From IMG/VR virus record IMGVR_UViG_3300005096_000103, positions 32,001-96,000 of that record: a stretch of DNA of 64,000 nucleotides, one strand, 5' to 3'. The stretch is from a virus. Positions within the stretch are counted from its first letter, which is position 1. The number at the start of each line of letters is the position of its first letter. The position numbers and the translations under genes are program-made. Shown piece after piece: positions 57,122 through 64,000 of the stretch. The notes beneath the pieces are model-generated. The model ran no database searches. It was not told the DNA's origin and worked only from the letters and a program-made list of their open reading frames with translations.

Positions 57122-59881
57122 ATGTCCAATAAGAATGTAGACTTAACGACTATAGTTGATGATGGTACTGACCAAGCTTCATCTATCCAGCCTATCGGCG
57201 CTGAAGCTGCAACTCCTACAGTCGCGAACCGTCCTCATGAGAATCTACGCGTACGCACTGAAACTCTTCGTCGTGTAGCTAACATAGCTTCGTTCATGTC
57301 TGACAGATTCAGTAACTGGATACTAGACACGACGTCTGGTAGTACGTTGATAACGTATGGGGATACGTATGGTGGAGGAGCCCCTGCTGGAAACGAAGGA
57401 CGCATAGTCATAGGAAACGGAACAACTGACACAATGTTCCTCTTTAACTTTATGTCTGCAGGCGAGCCTAGAGGCGGAGCATCTGGTGACGCTGCGACCC
57501 CCTATGAAAACCTCTTGTCGTGGGAGACTTTTACAGACGGTGCAGCTACTTTCACACTGACGTCAAATAGCCTAGCTTCAGAGGGCGGTCACTGGGTAAG
57601 TATTACAGTCGTAGCATCGTCACAGCTTGAACCTCTAGTAACACTTGAAATAAAAGGTAATGCAGCTACAGTAGCTAACAAGCCTTTCACTCCTGGTGTT
57701 ACTGAAATTGTAGCTACAGTCTCAGGTATCGCGCCATTTCATACTGTAGATGATATACGTGTCGCAATACTAGGAAACGCAACAGCTAATGCGCTTGTGA
57801 CGATGACAGTGTCCGCTGCCGGCACAGCGTTCATGATTCCAAAAACTCGTCTACGCCAGGGATTAGAGACAGTAATGTTCTCAGTCTCCGGGTCTGTTAT
57901 GGCCAGCTTCTTTGCTGCTACTAACGACAACCTGCTTCGCGACGGGGACACACTCGCAGTATACTTTGCGGACGAACAAGTTCTCCTGTCAAAAGTTACT
58001 ACAGGGGGTGGTATACCTGCGCTGCTGTCCTCTAACTTGAAGAATATCTCACGCTACATAGACGATAGTCTCGGTGGCGGAGTATTAATCCCAATTTGCA
58101 AAGCATTCAACAACAAAGTTGTGTTCGTTAACGGGACTACAATCTCGAATACAACTCCAGGTAAGCTGTCTCTCCATGCAACGTCTATCTTAGCAAACGC
58201 ATTAACAGGTCGGGTCGTTACTGGAGCATCACCTTCTATCCAGGACGACTTAAACGCTATAGCTCTAGCGTTCAATACGCTGACCGATGCTGCAAATGCT
58301 GGTATTGATGCACCGATACACTTAGGCGGCGTCGCAGCTGGAGGGCGCTATATCGGGCGTAATACTGACGTAGCTCTACCTGCTGACTCTGACCTCGCTG
58401 TAGTTGACGGGATTAGTAACCATGCTACTGCTAATTACGCAGGCATCCGCGCACAGATTAAGCTCAGGACGTCTACAGTAGTCGCTGATGGTGACCAAGG
58501 TGCTGGCTTACTAGAAGTCAGGATTGCACCCCTTAACTCAACAGTCAAAGCGACATTACTCTCGATAACTACTAAGGAGACCCAAGTCGCGTCTGTGTTA
58601 CTACGTATCCCTAAGACGCAACCTAGCGGAGATATCGACTTCTCCGTTGAAGGGTCTACGAGTAACACGGTGTACGGAGACTCTAGTAACACTACTGACT
58701 TAACTAAGACTCACAACGCCCACGAGTTAAAGACTTTCTCAGCTGGCGGCGGTGCTTACACTACTGGGACCCACGCCCAACTCCAGTACCGTCTCGCAGG
58801 TGGCGGAGATCCTGAAGTACGCCTCTCACTGCAGATAAGCGATCAAGACGCTAGTACTGCAAGTTTAACCGACGAGGCGTTCTCCGTAACCAGCGATAAG
58901 GTTGGAATTAACCTCAGAGGCGACGCACACTCTAGCGCGCCACTCACCATAAGAAAGACCAGCGCTGCAGCTAACACAGTTAACCCTAGCGTACGACATA
59001 CTCTAGATGTCACGGGTGGAGGTGTTGGACTCCAGGATCTCGGTGCATCACAAGACATATACCTCGCTAATAGTGTAGGAACACAGTCTAAGGCCGGGGA
59101 CACACGGATCGTATGGCGCGATCCGGCTAACGCGGCAGAGTTATCAGAATTCCATGTAGCTCTTAAACAGTCTGGGACGTTAAACACTCAAGCTCTACAA
59201 ATAAGCGCAGACGGTCGTATAGGGATTAACGCTCCTATCGTAAGTGGCGCTAGTCTTAATAGAGGTCTAGATACTAATCTCACAGACGCTATGATGACGG
59301 ATCGTACCTATGTTAACACGACCGCAACCCCCATTATTGGGTACGGATTCGAAAATAGAGTTTACCTAGACAATAGTGGGAACACTTCGAAGTTAGCTTC
59401 TATAATCACAACCAAGTGGATCAAAACGCCTACAGGTGCTGGCGAAGCGGTCCTAAGACTGAATGCGTATAACGAGGCAGGGACATCACACAACGTAGAC
59501 ATAGACTACTTAGGAAACATTACCGCGCATAACACCGTTGTGGCCTGGGCTAAGATAGTCTCAGCAGGAGGTGTGGATGTTCTAACACCTTTTACATACG
59601 AGTCTAATGCGGCGTGGTCTGGAAATTTCACAGTAAAATCTGGTGGTGCAACTAATGAGATAGTTGTACTCTTCGGCAGCTTCTCTATGAAGAATACCAG
59701 CTATCACGTTGATATCCAACCAGATGATCCGTCAGGTGCTGTTGGTACAATATTCTACGCTTTTATGCTGAAAAGTGGATCTAAAACGACCCTAGGTTTC
59801 TCTGTCTACTGTCGCGATCTAATCTCGGATACCAATACGTATAGACCGTTCACCTTCAAGATTACTGGAGAGAGGGCCTAA
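57122..59881 (+). CDS. Tail fibre / receptor-binding protein
   Basis: 919 aa, Thr/Ser/Gly/Ala-rich; N-terminal ANRPHENLRVRT; position at the end of the baseplate module. Confidence 0.65.
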   Translation: MSNKNVDLTTIVDDGTDQASSIQPIGAEAATPTVANRPHENLRVRTETLRRVANIASFMSDRFSNWILDTTSGSTLITYGDTYGGGAPAGNEGRIVIGNGTTDTMFLFNFMSAGEPRGGASGDAATPYENLLSWETFTDGAATFTLTSNSLASEGGHWVSITVVASSQLEPLVTLEIKGNAATVANKPFTPGVTEIVATVSGIAPFHTVDDIRVAILGNATANALVTMTVSAAGTAFMIPKTRLRQGLETVMFSVSGSVMASFFAATNDNLLRDGDTLAVYFADEQVLLSKVTTGGGIPALLSSNLKNISRYIDDSLGGGVLIPICKAFNNKVVFVNGTTISNTTPGKLSLHATSILANALTGRVVTGASPSIQDDLNAIALAFNTLTDAANAGIDAPIHLGGVAAGGRYIGRNTDVALPADSDLAVVDGISNHATANYAGIRAQIKLRTSTVVADGDQGAGLLEVRIAPLNSTVKATLLSITTKETQVASVLLRIPKTQPSGDIDFSVEGSTSNTVYGDSSNTTDLTKTHNAHELKTFSAGGGAYTTGTHAQLQYRLAGGGDPEVRLSLQISDQDASTASLTDEAFSVTSDKVGINLRGDAHSSAPLTIRKTSAAANTVNPSVRHTLDVTGGGVGLQDLGASQDIYLANSVGTQSKAGDTRIVWRDPANAAELSEFHVALKQSGTLNTQALQISADGRIGINAPIVSGASLNRGLDTNLTDAMMTDRTYVNTTATPIIGYGFENRVYLDNSGNTSKLASIITTKWIKTPTGAGEAVLRLNAYNEAGTSHNVDIDYLGNITAHNTVVAWAKIVSAGGVDVLTPFTYESNAAWSGNFTVKSGGATNEIVVLFGSFSMKNTSYHVDIQPDDPSGAVGTIFYAFMLKSGSKTTLGFSVYCRDLISDTNTYRPFTFKITGERA

Positions 59882-59885
59882 CTAG

Positions 59886-60233
59886 ATGGACTCTATAGCT
59901 GTTTACGTATTAGGTGTCGTAGTCGTTCTTATTGGCGTCGTCTACGCTGTATCACGCTCTGGTAACTATGATAGGCTTAATCGATTACTCAAGATTTCAG
60001 AAGCGGATAAACGTGTTAAGGATAAGAGTAGTCAGATACTAAAGAAAAACTTAGACACGCAGCTGGAATCCTTAGACGTGAGTATTACACGCGCTAAAGA
60101 AGAGTCTATACGCGCTCGGGACACTGCACGTGAACAGCGTATCAAGATAGACACTGCTTCATCCTGGCAAGCTCTAGACGATATTCTCGCTACACTACCT
60201 AACGATGATAAGGGAGAGAAAGATGGAGAGTAG
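59886..60233 (+). CDS. Small membrane-anchored coiled-coil protein
   Basis: N-terminal TM (IAVYVLGVVVVLIGVVYAV) followed by a charged helix. Confidence 0.65.
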   Translation: MDSIAVYVLGVVVVLIGVVYAVSRSGNYDRLNRLLKISEADKRVKDKSSQILKKNLDTQLESLDVSITRAKEESIRARDTAREQRIKIDTASSWQALDDILATLPNDDKGEKDGE

Positions 60234-61230
60234 TAGAGACATCCGTGCTGCTAAGTACTCAGGAATAGAGTCTAAGCCGCTAGCTGATCCCCTTGCTGTT
60301 GGCCGAGACGCTGGATTACAGAGTGCAACAGCGTTGTCCTCAGGTCACGGGACTGTCGGCCACCGCATCACTGACGCTGCTTCAGCACAGATATCTAGGA
60401 AGTCACACCCCGGCGGTACAATAGGTGGTATAGCTGGGATGCTGGCGAGTGCACCGATAGCCACACTCGGAGGTCAATACGTACGTGGTCTTACTCGCGG
60501 AGCATTAGCTACCTACGCACCCAACCTCACTGTTAATAACCCACGTGCCGTAGATCTAATATCTCAAAGTGCACAGGGCCTTGCAACAGGTGGAATCGTC
60601 GGAACCGCCACTGCAGCTGGCGCAGCTACTGAAGTAGCACTCCGCAACGCTTACCGAAGACGATCGGAGCGCAAAGCACGCGAATCAGCAGCCGCTGAGT
60701 CAGTTAGACAACGTGCGAGACAAGAGAGCATTGCTAATCCTGGAGCTGCTAATCCTGGAGCTGCTAATCCGAGCATTGCTAATCCCCCGCAGGTCAACAC
60801 AAAGCTAAGCCGTATCAAGGTCGAGGATCTAGATATCTTAGAGTTTGCTAAGGACGTCGTACCTGCGTCAGCTATAGCAGTTGCAGGTGGTGTCTATGGT
60901 TTGGGTGAACTTAAGGAAACTATCAAAGAGGAAGGTCCATCAGGTATCCCGATGATGTTAAGTGGCGGTGCAATCGGCGGTGGTATTGGCAGTGCGTTAG
61001 CTCCGTATGTCGGTGGCGCCACCGGAGCACTTACCGAAGGCGCCGCTATGCTAATAGCTCCACGCTACGCACGTAAAGTCAAAGACACTATCGGAGATGT
61101 TGGTAGTGCTATCGGTGGATACGCTACAACAGGTCTACTCGGCTACATAGGCTACGAAGCTGGCAGATCCTTACGTGATGAGTACGACCCACCTACGTTG
61201 AGAGAACGTATCTTGGATAAGCTGTACTAG
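60223..61230 (+). CDS. Gly/Ala-rich protein with glycine-zipper-like segments, possible ejection/internal virion protein
   Basis: GGxIGGxxG-type motifs; ANP repeats at 60727-60786; AGGGAG precedes the ATG at 60223. Confidence 0.6.
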   Translation: MESSRDIRAAKYSGIESKPLADPLAVGRDAGLQSATALSSGHGTVGHRITDAASAQISRKSHPGGTIGGIAGMLASAPIATLGGQYVRGLTRGALATYAPNLTVNNPRAVDLISQSAQGLATGGIVGTATAAGAATEVALRNAYRRRSERKARESAAAESVRQRARQESIANPGAANPGAANPSIANPPQVNTKLSRIKVEDLDILEFAKDVVPASAIAVAGGVYGLGELKETIKEEGPSGIPMMLSGGAIGGGIGSALAPYVGGATGALTEGAAMLIAPRYARKVKDTIGDVGSAIGGYATTGLLGYIGYEAGRSLRDEYDPPTLRERILDKLY

Positions 61231-61232
61231 TA

Positions 61233-61583
61233 CTAAACAGTCAATGTCGAAACTCTCTGGAGCCTCTTAGAGTCCCTATCCTCTGCTTCAAGCTCAATGA
61301 CTCTCTTTTTATACCTAGCAATCTTATACTTAGTCGTATGTACACTTTCGTCAACATGTGCAATAACCGACTCTTCTGCGCGGCCTATGTACTCTTGGAT
61401 GATCTCGGGCTTAGCCCCTGTATACTGTGTACAAAGCATCAAAACTTTCATGTAAAATTGTAGCTCTTCTGCATCCCGATCCCTCTCCCGTAGATACATC
61501 TCTTTGAAGAGGATGCTCTGATATGTATACCTCTCTGGTAGCGGGAGTCCATGCCACACCCTATGTGCTCGGGCTCTGTTCAT
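61233..61583 (-). CDS. Tail assembly chaperone, T (post-frameshift) portion
   Basis: Lies in the -1 frame of the upstream gene and is open through the slippery site; its own ATG has a weak SD. Confidence 0.6.
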   Translation of the reverse strand: MNRARAHRVWHGLPLPERYTYQSILFKEMYLRERDRDAEELQFYMKVLMLCTQYTGAKPEIIQEYIGRAEESVIAHVDESVHTTKYKIARYKKRVIELEAEDRDSKRLQRVSTLTV

Positions 61584-61591
61584 AGGGCTTT

Positions 61592-62584
61592 CTAAAAATT
61601 TGACATGAAGTCCTTTGAAAACACTGCTGCCACTAGTTGATCGAGTTCCCTAAGCTTATCAAGTAATAGAGTGTATACGGCCTCTTGCAGGTTACACGCC
61701 CATTCAATCCTAGCTTCAACAGTCCAGTCATCCATACGAGTGTCCCCGTACCTACATATTGACGCAGCTAAGTTCTGTCGCCAAGTTAAATATGATAACG
61801 TGATCCCTGACATCGCCGATTCTTCTGCGGACTGTTCAAGCTTCTCATTGATGCTTGCGATGTCTCCACCGTCGCGAGTCTTTAACTCAACAGAGAAGTT
61901 TCCTAGGATCTGATAGACGCGTCTATAAGGCTTATTCTGGAGCATCATAGTATCAATGATCTCCCAAGCCTCTTCCTTTGTTACACCTGCTAACTCTAGC
62001 TTTGCTTCAAATATCTCCTTCTTACTCTTCTCTACCTTGATCTGTTCTCCAATGATACTCTGTGGAGTGATGGAAACTTCTTCTTCGAGCTCTTTGGTGT
62101 CTAACGAATCTACCTTTTCTAGGACAGAGTCTGGCATCGCTGCGGAGAGTTCACCACCTTTAGGTGCGTCCTTAGACACGAGAGTTCTAGTCATCTGCCC
62201 TTCCTCGTCTTCCTCATATTTCTCTACTTTAATATTCCCTCCACGAACAGCTTTCCAGCGGTCTCTTACTTCTTTAGCTATACGTTCGTGAAACTCTTTA
62301 CCTACTAACTCTTCGTCTGTAGACGTTTCTAGGTTAGACGTTTCTAAGTTAGACATAACCATCTCACCCTCTACAACGACCGGAACAACTACTGAGCCCT
62401 CTTCTATAGCTTTAGACATTGCTTCGCCATCAGGGTCATAGTACCCTTCCTCTATCTTATTCATAAAGTCTTTAGAGCTTTCATAGATATCATCGCCATT
62501 ATAATGGGCGTTGAGCGTAACAGAAGCTAGAGCTTTAATCTTGAGATCGTCTCTATACTCGCTGCGTTCTTTGTCTGTTAGCAT
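61592..62584 (-). CDS. Tail assembly chaperone (gpG-like) with an acidic N-terminal extension
   Basis: 330 aa with AGGGAG upstream; helical C-terminal domain; ends at the slippery heptamer plus stop. Confidence 0.6.
   Translation of the reverse strand: MLTDKERSEYRDDLKIKALASVTLNAHYNGDDIYESSKDFMNKIEEGYYDPDGEAMSKAIEEGSVVVPVVVEGEMVMSNLETSNLETSTDEELVGKEFHERIAKEVRDRWKAVRGGNIKVEKYEEDEEGQMTRTLVSKDAPKGGELSAAMPDSVLEKVDSLDTKELEEEVSITPQSIIGEQIKVEKSKKEIFEAKLELAGVTKEEAWEIIDTMMLQNKPYRRVYQILGNFSVELKTRDGGDIASINEKLEQSAEESAMSGITLSYLTWRQNLAASICRYGDTRMDDWTVEARIEWACNLQEAVYTLLLDKLRELDQLVAAVFSKDFMSNF
61595..61601 (-). other. Candidate -1 programmed ribosomal frameshift site A-AAU-UUU
   Basis: Minus strand reads TCA AAT TTT TAG; the -1 frame reads AAA TTT TTA GAA AGC CCT ATG into the 61583 ORF. 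Confidence 0.7.
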
Positions 62585-62686
62585 GTCAGCTCCCTAGTTG
62601 CGTTATGTCTGGTTGTGGTGTAGCCTGTTTATCTGGTATAAGGTATTGGAACCTTAGCTACATTAGACTATAACTCGGATAAGGAA

Positions 62687-62992
62687 ATGTCAATGTCTAT
62701 CAGTGGCACTATTTCTTTAGATCACTGGAACTACCTATGGGACGCCTCTGAAGAGATAAACACAGATTCTGATGGTAGTTACATCAACCTGATAAGGTCT
62801 GATAAGAATGGTAAGCGGAGCATAACCTACCATCACGGGCCAGAGTCTATACCTCCAAGGGCTATAATAACTTTTAATACAGAGTCCAGCCGACTGATAC
62901 TCACAGGTCTTGGACACTACGCCGAAGAAGATGAACAGGGATATGCTAATTTCCTCGATGCCGTGTACGGCGGCTTCTTTCCAAAAGACTAA
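62687..62992 (+). CDS. Hypothetical protein
   Basis: 101-aa ORF with AAGGA upstream. Confidence 0.6.
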   Translation: MSMSISGTISLDHWNYLWDASEEINTDSDGSYINLIRSDKNGKRSITYHHGPESIPPRAIITFNTESSRLILTGLGHYAEEDEQGYANFLDAVYGGFFPKD

Positions 62993-63015
62993 CATCCCTC
63001 CCTGAAGAGACCCAA

Positions 63016-64000
63016 ATGTACTGTTTCTCATGTAAGAGAGCCGTCCCTGTTGACGTATCAAATCCTGGACGGAAATGCCCATGCTCAGGGGCTTTGTACC
63101 TGACACCTCAAGACCTCCTTAGTTCTATGTACACTAAAATAGTTCCTCAGGTTAGAGAACCACAGGTTCAGATGGCCTCTATCATCGACGAGGCTATACG
63201 CGACAGTGTATTATCCCCTAAGTCAAGTGTCATAGCTATAGAAGCACCGACTGGTACAGGGAAAACGTTAGCTTACCTAGCTGCAGCTCTTGAGAAGCCA
63301 GACGCTTACGTCGTGATCTCTGTATCGACGAAGAACCTACAAGACCAAGTAAGCAATGACATTGGTAGACTCTGCGCAGATATCTTAAGGCTCACAGGTA
63401 GCGTGCCTACCAATCTTAGTAAGACCTATGCGCTGCGAGGGGCAAGCAACTATTTCTGCCGTTCTAAGTGCGCAACCTTAGTGGCGTCGGGTGGTCTTAC
63501 TGAGGCAGATGCGACTAACCTAGAGTCTATCAACGACTCGGTATATAGTGACTGCTCCTTATCATTAGCAGAGATAACCACAGCTAATCCACACCTCACT
63601 AAGTATCTCCGTAAGTGTGGCGTATACGGTAACAAGACCTGCACTAAGTGTGAGTTCAGGGATGAGTGCAACTTCATCGATCATAAGATCAAGATGTGTC
63701 AGCAGGGCAGCCGGATAGTGGTTGTAAACCACGCTATGGTAGCTGCTCAGATTAAGCTGAAGTCCAAAGCGCGTATAGACATTGAGCAACGTGTACCTGT
63801 TACGCCTGTAGAAATAAGCTCAATGGCTTTTAAGACGATCCTCAGCCGGTCTACAACTATTATATTCGACGAAGCTCATCAGTTTGTTGACTACTTAGAG
63901 AGCGCCTTCACTGATGATGTGTCGCTACCCACAGTACTTCGTAACTGTGGGTTGATTATAAGTAAAGTCCTACCAGGTCTGGCAGCGAGGTCAGGGTCTG
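63016..64000 (+). CDS. dinG: DinG/YoaA-family Fe-S helicase, truncated by the window end
   Basis: Translated by hand: REPQVQM (Q motif), EAPTGTGKTLAYL, STKNLQDQ, RGASNYFC, VVNHA, FDEAH; N-terminal CxxC...CxC. Absent from the ORF track. Confidence 0.9.
   Translation, partial: MYCFSCKRAVPVDVSNPGRKCPCSGALYLTPQDLLSSMYTKIVPQVREPQVQMASIIDEAIRDSVLSPKSSVIAIEAPTGTGKTLAYLAAALEKPDAYVVISVSTKNLQDQVSNDIGRLCADILRLTGSVPTNLSKTYALRGASNYFCRSKCATLVASGGLTEADATNLESINDSVYSDCSLSLAEITTANPHLTKYLRKCGVYGNKTCTKCEFRDECNFIDHKIKMCQQGSRIVVVNHAMVAAQIKLKSKARIDIEQRVPVTPVEISSMAFKTILSRSTTIIFDEAHQFVDYLESAFTDDVSLPTVLRNCGLIISKVLPGLAARSGS

Noticed and set aside
62585-62645. Fourth octamer array in the tail-chaperone leader (minus strand, A/C-rich)
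   Set aside because: It contains CAGATAAA and CAGACATAA but does not keep an 8-nt register.
415-63789. Numerous 60-270-aa ORFs antisense to or nested in long genes (e.g. 415-756, 8050-8574, 17771-18571, 34177-34836)
   Set aside because: They are shadow frames of well-supported genes with no motifs or ribosome-binding sites.
1-64000. Stop-codon reassignment (TAG or TGA)
   Set aside because: Large conserved genes are full length in the standard code, TAG ends many genes at their expected C-termini, and coding density is already very high.
1-64000. Eukaryotic giant virus or Borg-like element
   Set aside because: The RNAP is bacterial-type with a sigma factor, genes have Shine-Dalgarno sites, and there are contractile-tail genes and a peptidoglycan peptidase.

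Overview
This window is a gene-dense segment of a large lytic tailed phage (myovirus-type), not a cellular chromosome. It contains a lambda-gpA-like terminase, a probable portal, a tape-measure-like gene, baseplate hub/gp25/J/wedge genes, a tail fibre, an M15 peptidase, a UDG-like/exonuclease/family A DNA polymerase, a primase-helicase, SNF2 and DinG helicases, two Cas4/RecB-like nucleases, RuvC, a class II ribonucleotide reductase, ParB, an SSB-like protein and a MoxR/VWA pair. The phage encodes its own bacterial-type multisubunit RNA polymerase in an unusual layout: beta is fused to the N-terminal catalytic half of beta' (NADYDGD), and the C-terminal half of beta' is a separate gene. A sigma70-family factor sits inside the baseplate operon. 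The best unexplained signal is a degenerate 8-nt-period array (consensus about CA-N-A-V-K-A-R) found three times: 10 units between convergent genes at 9912-9991, and 4-5 units covering the ribosome-binding sites of parB and the SSB-like gene. Also found: a -1 frameshift site joining a G/GT-type tail-chaperone pair, a leader peptide with mutually exclusive hairpins, recurrent K-x-A motifs in putative virion proteins, and short duplications at gene ends. All family calls come from motif recognition by eye; no searches were run. No capsid, integrase, tRNA or CRISPR array was seen.
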